The notes under the pieces are model-generated. The model was not told the DNA's origin. It did not search any database and worked only from the letters and a program-made list of their open reading frames with translations. A stretch of DNA of 63,911 nucleotides from Gaiellaceae bacterium (GTDB lineage: Bacteria > Actinomycetota > Thermoleophilia > Gaiellales > Gaiellaceae). Made by a program: the position numbers and the translations under genes. The DNA is taken from contig DATDMJ010000109.1 in the NCBI GenBank assembly GCA_036518855.1, positions 1 through 63,911 of the forward strand, written 5' to 3'. Positions 33,818 through 42,664 of this stretch are shown here, piece by piece (positions within the stretch are counted from its first letter, which is position 1; every line of letters begins with the position of its first letter).

Positions 33818-34654
33818 ATGGACGCAAAGGTCGATTTGCCGGGATTCGAGGAGCGGTTCGCCGAGGTGCGCGGCTGCCGGCTGCGGTACCTCGTCGCAGG
33901 CGAAGGCGAGACGCTCGTGCTCGTACACGGGCTCGGTGGGGCGGCGGCGAACTGGCTCGCGCTCGCCCCGCTGCTCTTGCCGGGCCGGCGCCTGATCCTG
34001 CCGGAGCTTCCGGGCCACGGAGGCTCCACGCCGCTGCCCGCAGCGCCGAGCCTGAACGCCTACGCCGACCGGATCGGCGCGCTGCTCGACGGCCCTGCTG
34101 CCCTCGTTGGGCACTCGCTGGGCGGGGCGATCACGCTGCGGCTGGCGATCCGGCGGCCCGAACTCGTCAACGGGCTCGTTCTCGCCGGTGCAGCCGGGAT
34201 CTCGTCCGGTACGCGGCAGGCTCGCTACGCGCTCACGATGACCGGGCTGATCAAGCCGGGAAAGCGGATCGCGCCGTACCGCCGGCGCGTCGCGCGCTCG
34301 CCCGGGCTCAAGACGCTCGTGTTCGGCCGGTGGGGCGCGTCCGACCCGCCGGCGCTCTCCGCGCACGTCGCAGAGGCGTTTCTCTCGGGCCCCGCGCGGC
34401 ACACCGACACCGTCAGCGCCGCGAAGGCGCTCGTGCGCGACGACCCTCGGAGCGACCTCGACCGGGTTCGCTGCCCCGTGCTCCTGCTGTGGGGCGCACG
34501 GGACCATCAGCTCCCGATCGACGACGCCTTCGACTACGCGCGCCGCCTCCGTGCGCCGCTCCGCACGATCGCCGACTGCGGCCACCTGCTGATCGGCGAA
34601 CGCCCCGAAGCGTGCGCCGATGCGATCGAGAGCTTCCTCGCGGACGCGCGCTAG
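33818..34654 (+). CDS. Alpha/beta-fold hydrolase
   Basis: 278 aa; HGLGG oxyanion region and GHSLGG nucleophile elbow. Confidence 0.9.
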   Translation: MDAKVDLPGFEERFAEVRGCRLRYLVAGEGETLVLVHGLGGAAANWLALAPLLLPGRRLILPELPGHGGSTPLPAAPSLNAYADRIGALLDGPAALVGHSLGGAITLRLAIRRPELVNGLVLAGAAGISSGTRQARYALTMTGLIKPGKRIAPYRRRVARSPGLKTLVFGRWGASDPPALSAHVAEAFLSGPARHTDTVSAAKALVRDDPRSDLDRVRCPVLLLWGARDHQLPIDDAFDYARRLRAPLRTIADCGHLLIGERPEACADAIESFLADAR

Positions 34655-34666
34655 TCTGTGCAGGCT

Positions 34667-34740
34667 CGGGGTGTGGCGCAGCCTGGTAGCGCGCTCCGTT
34701 CGGGTCGGAGAGGTCCCCAGTTCAAATCTGGGCACCCCGA
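34667..34740 (+). tRNA. tRNA-Pro (anticodon CGG)
   Basis: Cloverleaf by hand: acceptor CGGGGTG/CACCCCG, D arm GCGC-AGCCTGGTA-GCGC, anticodon arm CTCCG-TTCGGGT-CGGAG, T arm CCCAG-TTCAAAT-CTGGG, discriminator A. CCA is not encoded. Confidence 0.95.
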
Positions 34741-34746
34741 TCGAGC

Positions 34747-34771
34747 GCGGGGGAACCGCCGGTTCCCCCGC
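34747..34771. terminator. GC-rich hairpin GCGGGGGAACC-gcc-GGTTCCCCCGC between tRNA-Pro and convergent membrane-protein gene
   Basis: Perfect 11-bp stem; no T-run. Placed to act on both convergent transcripts. Confidence 0.5.
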
Positions 34772-34784
34772 ATTCACCTCCAAG

Positions 34785-35195
34785 CTAAGTCGCTGGTGGC
34801 GACTCCCTCCACCCCGACGTCGTCGAGAGCGCGTAGATCACGAACACCGCCAGGATCAGCGAGCCGAATCCGAACCACGGCGCCCACTCGATGATCATGA
34901 AGCTCTCCACGATCACCGCGATCGCCCAGATGTAGCCGACCACGCGGCCGAACGTGTTCCCGCCGAGCAGCGAGTAGCCCGCCCAGAGTGCGAGCACTGC
35001 GATCCCGAGGTCCCATAGACCCCAGACGAACAGATGGTCGCCGAGGGCGCCGCCTGCCAGGTTCGTGACCCGGTGGCTGTTGGCGAAGTAGTAGATCGCC
35101 GTGATGATCCGGAGGAACCCCACTGCGAACAGCACAACCCCGGCAAAGGTCAGCCAGCCAGGGCGGTTGAGGCCGTCATAGGCCTGTGTGGTCAT
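34785..35195 (-). CDS. Integral membrane protein (about 4 TM), hypothetical
   Basis: 136 aa, hydrophobic helices rich in Trp/Gly; AAGGGAGG Shine-Dalgarno sequence upstream. Confidence 0.7.
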   Translation of the reverse strand: MTTQAYDGLNRPGWLTFAGVVLFAVGFLRIITAIYYFANSHRVTNLAGGALGDHLFVWGLWDLGIAVLALWAGYSLLGGNTFGRVVGYIWAIAVIVESFMIIEWAPWFGFGSLILAVFVIYALSTTSGWRESPPAT

Positions 35196-35246
35196 TCGTC
35201 GCCTCCCTTTCCGTCGAACGAAGACCCCGGTCGCGGCAAACCTAAA

Positions 35247-35405
35247 TCAGCCGTCGGACGCCCGCTTGAAGATGCGACGGAACCGTTCGCGCAGCGACTC
35301 GGAAGGCTCCCGCTGCAAGGCCGCCTCGCGCTTCTTCTGCTGTCGCACCCAGTCCCTGTGGCGGCTCGAGCGAGTGCCGTACTTCGGTTTCCAGTAGACC
35401 GGCAT
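35247..35405 (-). CDS. Small basic protein (52 aa), hypothetical
   Basis: MPVYWKPKYGTRSSRHRDWVRQQKKREAALQREPSESLRERFRRIFKRASDG. Its ATG shares one base with the MFS stop (TGATG); high GC3. It is the tail of ORF 35247..36644. Confidence 0.45.
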   Translation of the reverse strand: MPVYWKPKYGTRSSRHRDWVRQQKKREAALQREPSESLRERFRRIFKRASDG

Positions 35406-36637
35406 CAGTCGATTGTCCTGATCTGCCTCGACAGCAAGCCGGCCGCGACGATGCAGATCGAGATGCAGGCGCCGAACGCGATGATCGTTCCAGGCGCGGC
35501 GAGGCCGGAGATCGCGCCGACGAGAACCAGGCCCAGGGGAGTCAGCCCGAACGAGCCGAACCAGTCGAGGCTGATCACGCGCGAGAGCATGTGCTGGGGC
35601 ACGAGCTCCATCAGCATCGTCTCCCAGACCGCGACGCCGAAGCCGATGCACGTCCCGCGCAGGAACGAGGCGACCACCGAGACCGGGTACCACGGGGAGA
35701 GCGCGAAGACGATCACGAGCAGACTGTTGACGATCCAGATCACGTAGGACAGGAGCCCGCGCCGCCGCCTCGGATCGAAGTGCGCGAAGGCCGCGGCGCC
35801 GACGATCATCCCGGCGCCGAGCATCGAGAAGATGAAGCCGTACGCGCTCACGCCGAGGCCGAAGTGCGTGCGCACGAGCTTCGGCGTCAGCACCTGGATC
35901 GGCGCCCACTGGAACATCAGCACGAAGGCGAAGAGCGAGATCGTCACCCAGAGCCACGGCACTGCCGCCACGTAGCGGATCCCGGCGCCGATCTCGCGGA
36001 GCGTCCCCTCGGCTGCGGCGCGCTCGGCGATCCGCGGCCTCGTCGCCCAGACAAACCCGAACGAGACGAGGAACGACGCGGCGTCGAACCCGAAGACGAC
36101 CGTCGAGCCCGCGAACCCGTAGAGCAGGCCCGCGACCGACGGGCCGACCAGCAGACTGCCCTGCCGCGCCATGCCGATCAGCGCGTTCGCCGAGCCGAGC
36201 CCCGGCTCCTCGACCACGAGCGGCACCATCCCGCCGAGCGCGGGGGTGAAGAACCCGGTCGCAAGCCCTTCGGCGAACGCGAGCCCGAGCAGGATGTCGA
36301 GCGTCAGGTGTCCCGAACCGTCGATCACGGTCAGGGCGCCGACGATTGCGAAGCGCGAAAGGTCGGAGACGAGCATCAGCTTGCGGCGGTCGTAGCGGTC
36401 GGCCAGCGCTCCTCCGACGAGGACGGTGAGCAGCAGCCCCACGCCCTGGAGCGTCAGGACGTAGCCGAGCGAGCGGGCCGAGCCCGTGAGCGTGAAGGTC
36501 CGCCAGCCGAGCGCGACGAGGAACGCCGTGTCGCCGAGCATCGAGACCGCCTGCCCGGTCCAGAGCCGCCGGAAGTCGCGGCTGCGGAACGCCTGCAGCA
36601 CGCGGGCACGCCTCGGTTCGGCGCTGATCGCCTCCAT
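35405..36637 (-). CDS. MFS transporter
   Basis: 410 aa, about 12 TM; GALADRYDRRKLML MFS loop motif. Confidence 0.9.
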   Translation of the reverse strand: MEAISAEPRRARVLQAFRSRDFRRLWTGQAVSMLGDTAFLVALGWRTFTLTGSARSLGYVLTLQGVGLLLTVLVGGALADRYDRRKLMLVSDLSRFAIVGALTVIDGSGHLTLDILLGLAFAEGLATGFFTPALGGMVPLVVEEPGLGSANALIGMARQGSLLVGPSVAGLLYGFAGSTVVFGFDAASFLVSFGFVWATRPRIAERAAAEGTLREIGAGIRYVAAVPWLWVTISLFAFVLMFQWAPIQVLTPKLVRTHFGLGVSAYGFIFSMLGAGMIVGAAAFAHFDPRRRRGLLSYVIWIVNSLLVIVFALSPWYPVSVVASFLRGTCIGFGVAVWETMLMELVPQHMLSRVISLDWFGSFGLTPLGLVLVGAISGLAAPGTIIAFGACISICIVAAGLLSRQIRTID

Positions 36638-36659
36638 CCTCCAAAGCTATCCTGCTCGC

Positions 36660-37496
36660 GTGAGCGACCTCCTACGCGTGGCCTGCGTCCAGATGACGAG
36701 CGGGCCCGAGAAGGCACCGAACCTCGAGAAGGCGGAGAAGCTCGTCGCGCGGGCGGCCTCGACGGGAGCGGACGTCGTCGTGCTCCCCGAGAAATGGAAC
36801 GCCATCGGGGAGTCGGATGCGCTGTATGCGGCTGCGGAGCGCCTCGACCGCGGCGAGACCGTCGAGCTGATGGCCGGCTGGGCGCGCCAGCACGGGATCA
36901 CGCTGGTCGGGGGCTCGATCGCCGAGCTGCGCGAAGGCCGCGAGAAGCTCGGCAACACGTCGATCGCATTCGGGCCCGACGGCGAGGTCCTCGGCGTCTA
37001 CCGCAAGATCCACATGTTCGACGTCGAGGTCGAGGGCAACGTGTACCGGGAGTCCGAGGCGCAGGAGGCGGGCGACGAGCCGGTGGTCGTGCGATCCGAG
37101 GACTGGGCCATTGGTCTGACCGTCTGCTACGACATCCGCTTCCCGGAGCTCTATCGGATCCTCGCGCTCGAGGGCGCCGAGCTCGTGACTGTCCCGGCGG
37201 CATTCACGGTGCCGACGGGGCGCGACCACTGGCACGTGCTGATGCGCGCGCGGGCGATCGAGAACCAGTACTACGTCGCGGCACCTGGCCAGGTCGGCGA
37301 GACGCGGCCCGGGAAGCCGAGCTACGGGCGCTCGTTGATCGTCGACCCGTGGGGGATCGTGCTGGCGGAGGCGCCGGACGAGGAGACGGTCATCTCGGCA
37401 GAGCTCGACCGTGCGCGGCTGCGGCGCATCCGCGAGTCGCTGCCGTCGCTGAAGAACCGGCAGGCCGACGCGTACCGCTGGCCGGCGAGCGTCTGA
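36660..37496 (+). CDS. Carbon-nitrogen hydrolase (nitrilase/Nit family)
   Basis: GTG 36660. VSDLLRVACVQMTSG...VVVLPEKWN...HMFDV...CYDIRFPELY Glu-Lys-Cys triad context. Only the tail of ORF 36486..37496. Confidence 0.9.
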   Translation: MSDLLRVACVQMTSGPEKAPNLEKAEKLVARAASTGADVVVLPEKWNAIGESDALYAAAERLDRGETVELMAGWARQHGITLVGGSIAELREGREKLGNTSIAFGPDGEVLGVYRKIHMFDVEVEGNVYRESEAQEAGDEPVVVRSEDWAIGLTVCYDIRFPELYRILALEGAELVTVPAAFTVPTGRDHWHVLMRARAIENQYYVAAPGQVGETRPGKPSYGRSLIVDPWGIVLAEAPDEETVISAELDRARLRRIRESLPSLKNRQADAYRWPASV

Positions 37497-37541
37497 CTGA
37501 GGCCTTCGCTTGCGACGCCGACCAAAGAGGGCGCGGCGGCT

Positions 37542-38363
37542 TTGCCGGCGCGGCCTTCTAACAGACTGTCCAGGTCGGAAACGACATTGCGCCCTGCGCC
37601 ACATCCCGTCCTAGAGCGCTGGGGCTTGACCCCGCGCGAGCCGTTCGAGCCGGGGGCCGCGTCGGAGCTCGTGCAGGCTGTCGTGACCGCGGACGGGGAG
37701 GACGCCGTGCTGAAGATCCAGGATCCGCACCGCGAGAGCGAGCACGAGGCCGCGGCGCTGGAGCTCTGGGCCGGCGAGGGCGCCATCCGCCTGCTCGCGC
37801 ACGACCCCGAGGAGCACGCGCTGCTGCTCGAGCGCTGCTTCCCCGGGACGCCGCTCTCGGAGCGAACCACCGAAGCCTCGATGGACGTGCTGGTCGGGCT
37901 GCTGCCGCGCCTCTGGAAGCGCCCCGACGGTTTCCGGTCGATCGAGGACGACGTGCCGTTCCTGCGGACGGACATCGAAGGCGCGCGCGACGAGCGCCTG
38001 AAGGACGCGGCCCTCTCCTACCTGCGAGAGCTCGTCCCGAGCCAGGGCGAGCGCGTGCTCGTGAACCAGGACCTGCACGGGGAGAACGTCCTGGCCGCAC
38101 AGCGGGAGCCCTGGCTCGTGATCGATCCGAAGCCCCTCGCGGCCGAGCGCGAGCTCTCAGCCGCTTCGATCGTCCGCTCCGACGAGCTCGGGCACCGCAG
38201 GCGCGACGTGCTGTACCGCCTCGATCGCCTCTGCTCGGACCTTGGTCTCGACCGCGAGCGGGCGATCGGCTGGACCGTGCTGCACACCGTCGCGTGGTCA
38301 GGTGGGGACGATGTGGTCGGACCACATCTCGAGGCGGTTCACTGGCTCCTGGAGGCGGCTTGA
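37542..38363 (+). CDS. Aminoglycoside/antibiotic phosphotransferase (APH(6)-like kinase) family protein
   Basis: 273 aa; VLVNQDLHGENVLA...LVIDPKP kinase catalytic loop pattern. N-terminus uncertain. Confidence 0.78.
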   Translation: MPARPSNRLSRSETTLRPAPHPVLERWGLTPREPFEPGAASELVQAVVTADGEDAVLKIQDPHRESEHEAAALELWAGEGAIRLLAHDPEEHALLLERCFPGTPLSERTTEASMDVLVGLLPRLWKRPDGFRSIEDDVPFLRTDIEGARDERLKDAALSYLRELVPSQGERVLVNQDLHGENVLAAQREPWLVIDPKPLAAERELSAASIVRSDELGHRRRDVLYRLDRLCSDLGLDRERAIGWTVLHTVAWSGGDDVVGPHLEAVHWLLEAA

Positions 38364-39043
38364 GCCTGCGCGCCGTCCTCCTCGACGTCGATTTCACGAT
38401 CGCGCGGCCCGGCCCGGAGCTCGGGCCCGAGGGCTACCGGCGGCTCGGTGCCCGCTTCGGGCTGGAGCTCGAGCCGTCGCGCTACGCCGAGGCGCGCGAG
38501 AAGGCGATCGAAGGGCTCCGCCGCCACCCCGAGCTCGAGCACGACGAGGAGATCTGGGTCGCGTTCACGGAGCGGATCATCCGCGGCATGGGCGGCGACA
38601 CCGGCTCGGCGTACGAGTGCGCGGTCGCGATGACGAGGGCCTGGGAGCACGCCGAGCACTTCGAGCTGTACGAGGACGCGCTGCCGGTGCTGGAGGAGCT
38701 GCGCCGGCACGGGCTCAAGCTCGGGCTCGTCTCGAACACGGGCCGCGACCTCGACGAGTTCGTCGCGCACCACCGTCTCGACGTGGACGTGGTGCTCGGG
38801 TCGCGGGTGTTCGGCCGCACGAAGCCGCACCCGACGATCTTCCAGGCGGTCCTGGAGCGGCTCGACGTGCGGCCGGCCGAGGCCGCGATGGTCGGCGACT
38901 CGCCGGAGGACGACATCGACGGCGCGCATGGCGCCGGGATCCAGCGCGCGTTCCTCCTCGACCGCGACGGCCGCCACCCGGAGGCTCGCGATTGCCTCCC
39001 CGATCTCTTCGCCCTTCCCGCGGCCCTGGGGCTTGGCGGTTAG
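38360..39043 (+). CDS. HAD-superfamily hydrolase
   Basis: TTG 38360 overlaps the kinase stop. AVLLDVDFT (DxD motif I), SNT (motif II), GDSPEDDIDGA (motif IV). Confidence 0.85.
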   Translation: MSLRAVLLDVDFTIARPGPELGPEGYRRLGARFGLELEPSRYAEAREKAIEGLRRHPELEHDEEIWVAFTERIIRGMGGDTGSAYECAVAMTRAWEHAEHFELYEDALPVLEELRRHGLKLGLVSNTGRDLDEFVAHHRLDVDVVLGSRVFGRTKPHPTIFQAVLERLDVRPAEAAMVGDSPEDDIDGAHGAGIQRAFLLDRDGRHPEARDCLPDLFALPAALGLGG

Positions 39044-39053
39044 AGGCACGCAC

Positions 39054-39059
39054 TACAAT
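39054..39059 (+). promoter_or_regulatory. -10-like TACAAT 10 nt upstream of the TetR GTG (leaderless-type promoter candidate)
   Basis: TACAAT in a GC-rich context, CTTGGC/TTGGCG 15-16 nt upstream, no Shine-Dalgarno sequence before GTG 39070. Confidence 0.3.
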
Positions 39060-39069
39060 TCCGTCAGCC

Positions 39070-39687
39070 GTGCCAGAGCGGAGAAACGGGCAGGGAGACA
39101 AGCGCCGGCTGCTTCTCGACGCGGCCGTGCGAGTCTTTGCCCGGAAGGGCTACCACGCCGCGCGCGTGGGCGACATCGCCGAGGAGGCAGGCGTCGCGTA
39201 CGGGCTCGTCTACCACTACTTCGGATCGAAGGAGGAGGTGCTCCGCAGCGTCTTCCGCGAGACGTGGCGAGCGCTGATCCAGACGATCGAGAGCGTCGAG
39301 GACGGCGACGACCCGCCCCGTGAGCAGCTCCGCAAGGTCGCGGAGATCCTGCTGCGGTCGTGGCGCCGCGATCCCGACCTGGTGCGCGTGCTCGTGCTCG
39401 AGGTGACGCGGAGCGGGTACCTGGCCGGCGAGCTGGACGAGATCGTCGCGTCGTTCGCGGCGATTCAGCAGATCGTCGAGCGCGGCCAGGCCGACGGCTC
39501 GATCCGGGCCGATCTCGACCCGCGGCTCGCCAGCTACGTCTTCTACGGCGCGATCGACGAGCTGCTGACCGGCTGGGTGCTCGGGCGGCTGCCCGACTCG
39601 GAGGAGGACGTGGCGCGCGCCGGGCACACCGTCGTCGAGCTTGTCACCGGCGGCCTCGCTCCCGAGCGCGCGGGCGCGACCGCGTGA
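39070..39687 (+). CDS. TetR/AcrR-family transcriptional regulator
   Basis: GTG 39070; RRLLLDAAVRVFARKGYHAARVGDIAEEAGVAYGLVYHYFGSKEE HTH. Tail of ORF 38242..39687. Confidence 0.92.
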   Translation: MPERRNGQGDKRRLLLDAAVRVFARKGYHAARVGDIAEEAGVAYGLVYHYFGSKEEVLRSVFRETWRALIQTIESVEDGDDPPREQLRKVAEILLRSWRRDPDLVRVLVLEVTRSGYLAGELDEIVASFAAIQQIVERGQADGSIRADLDPRLASYVFYGAIDELLTGWVLGRLPDSEEDVARAGHTVVELVTGGLAPERAGATA

Positions 39688-40961
39688 CGGAGACGACACC
39701 GGCGTCGGGGGCGGTCGTCGCGCTGCCACCGGTGCGGAGGGGCCTGCTCTGGACGCTCGGCCTCGGGGCGTTCGGCCTCGCCTTCTCGCTGACGACGACC
39801 GCGGCCTACCTGCCGCCGCTGCTGAGCCGCTTCACCGACTCGGGCGGGCTGATCGGCGTGATCCTCGGCGCGGAGGGCGTCTTCGCGCTCGTGATCTCAC
39901 CGGTGATCGGGCCGTGGAGCGACTCGTTCCATACGCCGCTCGGTCGGCGGCGGCCGTTCATGCTGGTCGCCGTTCCGCCCATGGGGTTCGCGCTCCTGCT
40001 GATGCCGTTCATGCCGAACCTCTGGACGACCGTCGTCGTCGTGATGACGTTCTTCTTCGCCTACTACATCTTTGAGACGCCGTACCGCGGGCTCTACCCG
40101 GATGTGCTGTCGTCGGACTCGTTCGGACGCTCGCAGGGCGTCCAGCACATCCAGCGCGGAATCGCGATCGGCGTCGCGCTCGTCGGCGGCGGGCTGCTCT
40201 TCAAGCTCTGGAAGCCCTCGCCGTTCCTGCTCGCGTCGATCCTGACGACGGCCGCGTGCGGGCTCGTGATCCTGCTGGTGCGCGAGGATGGCGGGCACGG
40301 GCGGGTCTTCGAGGGGTTCAGGGCCTACGTGCGGCGGAGCTGGGCGATCTTCTGGTCGGACGGCGACGTGCGGCGGTTCCTGATCGCGAACTCGATGTGG
40401 GAAGGGACCTTCGCGGCGGCGCGGACGTTCGTCGTGCTGTACGTGATCCACGGCCTGCACGAGTCGAAGGTGATGTCCTCGGCGGTGCTGGGCGCGGTGG
40501 CGGTGGGCTACGTGATCGCCGCGATCTTCGCGGGGCGGCTGGGCGACCGGTTCGGGCTCGCGCGGGTGATCTTCTTTGCGTCGTTCGTGTACGGGGGCGG
40601 GTATCTCGTCGCCGGGCTCGCCCAGGAGTGGCACGACTGGTACTTCGCGCTGATCCTGCCGGTCTCGATTGCTGGCGGGACGGTGATGACGCTGGCGTGG
40701 GGGCTCTTGTACAAGATCGTCCCGGAGGAGCATCGAGGAGCGGTCTCGGGGCTCGCGACGACCACGAAGGGGATCGGGATCCTGGTGGGCGCGCCGATCG
40801 CGGGGCTCGCGATCGATCTCTCCCGGCCGTACTTCGGGGCGACGGACGGCTACCAGGTCCTGTGGCCGATCTGCGGTCTGCCGATCCTGGCGGCGATCCC
40901 GCTGCTCGTGCGGCTGATGGAAGTCGAGCCGCGCGGCAGCGTCGAAGTCCCGGTCGTCTGA
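39684..40961 (+). CDS. MFS transporter (GPH/SLC45-like)
   Basis: GTG 39684 overlaps the TetR stop. GPWSDSFHTPLGRRRPFML motif, about 12 TM. Confidence 0.9.
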   Translation: MTETTPASGAVVALPPVRRGLLWTLGLGAFGLAFSLTTTAAYLPPLLSRFTDSGGLIGVILGAEGVFALVISPVIGPWSDSFHTPLGRRRPFMLVAVPPMGFALLLMPFMPNLWTTVVVVMTFFFAYYIFETPYRGLYPDVLSSDSFGRSQGVQHIQRGIAIGVALVGGGLLFKLWKPSPFLLASILTTAACGLVILLVREDGGHGRVFEGFRAYVRRSWAIFWSDGDVRRFLIANSMWEGTFAAARTFVVLYVIHGLHESKVMSSAVLGAVAVGYVIAAIFAGRLGDRFGLARVIFFASFVYGGGYLVAGLAQEWHDWYFALILPVSIAGGTVMTLAWGLLYKIVPEEHRGAVSGLATTTKGIGILVGAPIAGLAIDLSRPYFGATDGYQVLWPICGLPILAAIPLLVRLMEVEPRGSVEVPVV

Positions 40962-41069
40962 CCCGCCCGAGAAGGGGTGTCCAGCGCGGGCGGCCGAGGA
41001 ATTAGCGGCGTGTTAGCGGCCTGGCGCAACCTCGATGGCTAACGACTTCCTGCTGGAAGGGAGGATGCG

Positions 41070-42638
41070 ATGAAGACGAGGTTGTGCGCCGGAATCTCGA
41101 TGCTCGTCCTTGTGACTGCGTTCTACGGCGCGACACCCGCCGCGGGTTCTGCGACGGCTGTCACGTTCTCCGGAGTCACGAGCTACGAGAGCGCGGGCCC
41201 GTTCCCGTTCACGGTCGCGGTGGCGGATCTGAACCGTGACTCCAATCAGGACCTTGCCGTCGTCAACAGCGGGTTTCCCAGCTCGGTCTCGATTCTGCTC
41301 GGAAACGGGAGCGGCGGATTCGGCCCAGCGACGGCCTATCCGACCGGAGGAGACTTCAGCCACTCCGTCGCGGTCGGCGACGTGAACAACGATGGCAACC
41401 CGGACGTTGCGGTCACCAACATCAATTCCAACACGGTTTCTGTGCTACTCGGCGACGGCCACGGTGGCCTGGGGACCCCGGCCACCTTCAGCACGGGAAC
41501 CTCGCGAGACCTTGCTCCTAGCGCGCTTGCGATCGGCGACCTCAACGGAGACGGGAAGCCTGACCTCGCGGTCGCCAACCAGAACGCGTTCAGCGTGAGC
41601 GTCCTGCTCGGCGACGGGACAGGAAGCTTCGGGCCGGCGACCGAGTATCCGATCCCAGGGCCTTTCAGCCCATCCTCGGTCAAGATCGCCGACCTCAACC
41701 GGGATGGCAGGCTCGACCTGGTCGTGGGCGACTACAACTTCGGCGGGCTGATCGCCGTGCTGCTCGGCGACGGTGTCGGGGGCTTCGGCTCACCGGCGAT
41801 CTACTCGTCGGGGGCCAACAACGTGTTCTCGCTCGCGCTCGACGATCTGAACGGCGACGGCAATCCCGACCTCGTCGTCGGGGCTGCGTCCCCGAGCGTG
41901 TCCGTGCTCCTGGGGAACGGGATCGGCGGGTTCGGCTTGCCTACGAGCTACCCGCTTGCGGGCGGGTTCGGGGCGACGCTCTCCGTCGACGCAGCCGACC
42001 TGAACGGCGACGGGAAGACGGACCTTGTCGCCACGGGCGGTAACTCGGACGTCTCGGTCTGGCTGGGCGACGGAGCCGGAGGATTCGGCGCGTCGACGCG
42101 CTACGGCTTCTGCACTTGCAGCAGTCCCTCCGCTCTTGCGACCGGAGATCTGAACCACGACGGCCTTCCGGACATCGTCGGCGCGAACGACGATTTCAAC
42201 GGTCTCAGCGGCACCGTTGCGGTTGCACTCAACACGACCGGACAGGGTGCAGACCTGTCGATTACCAAGTCGGGTGCTCCCAACCCGCTCGTCAGCGGAA
42301 ATCGGCTGACCTACACGCTCGTCGCCACAGACAACGGCTCGGAGCCGGCGACCGGTGTAAGCGTCATCGATCCGTTGCCCGCCAGGGTTCACTTCAGGTC
42401 CGTCTCCTCGTCCCAGGGCAGCTGCACCCGCTCGACGGGGCAATCGGGAGGCAAGGACGGCACGGTCACATGCAGCCTGGGCGGTCTCGCGAACGGTGCG
42501 GCAGCGACCATCACGATCGTCGTGACCACAACGACGCCCGGGACATTGACGAACACCGCAACCGTGAGCGGAAACGAGATGGACCCAAATCCGAGCAACA
42601 ACGACGCCACCGCGGCGACGACTGTTCTAGGTAACTGA
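41070..42638 (+). CDS. Secreted FG-GAP/VCBS-repeat beta-propeller protein with C-terminal DUF11-like domain
   Basis: 522 aa; signal peptide. About seven repeats of D(L/V)NxDGxxDL(A/V)V.N...VSVLLG(D/N)G.GGFG, then ADLSITKSGAPNPLVSGNRLTYTL... Confidence 0.88.
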   Translation: MKTRLCAGISMLVLVTAFYGATPAAGSATAVTFSGVTSYESAGPFPFTVAVADLNRDSNQDLAVVNSGFPSSVSILLGNGSGGFGPATAYPTGGDFSHSVAVGDVNNDGNPDVAVTNINSNTVSVLLGDGHGGLGTPATFSTGTSRDLAPSALAIGDLNGDGKPDLAVANQNAFSVSVLLGDGTGSFGPATEYPIPGPFSPSSVKIADLNRDGRLDLVVGDYNFGGLIAVLLGDGVGGFGSPAIYSSGANNVFSLALDDLNGDGNPDLVVGAASPSVSVLLGNGIGGFGLPTSYPLAGGFGATLSVDAADLNGDGKTDLVATGGNSDVSVWLGDGAGGFGASTRYGFCTCSSPSALATGDLNHDGLPDIVGANDDFNGLSGTVAVALNTTGQGADLSITKSGAPNPLVSGNRLTYTLVATDNGSEPATGVSVIDPLPARVHFRSVSSSQGSCTRSTGQSGGKDGTVTCSLGGLANGAAATITIVVTTTTPGTLTNTATVSGNEMDPNPSNNDATAATTVLGN

Positions 42639-42664
42639 ACGAGGACCGAGCTCGACGCCCTGGG

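Noticed and set aside
34667-36644. Genomic island integrated at tRNA-Pro
   Set aside because: There is no integrase, recombinase, direct repeat of the tRNA 3' end or compositional shift downstream. The neighbouring genes are ordinary membrane and transporter genes at native GC content.
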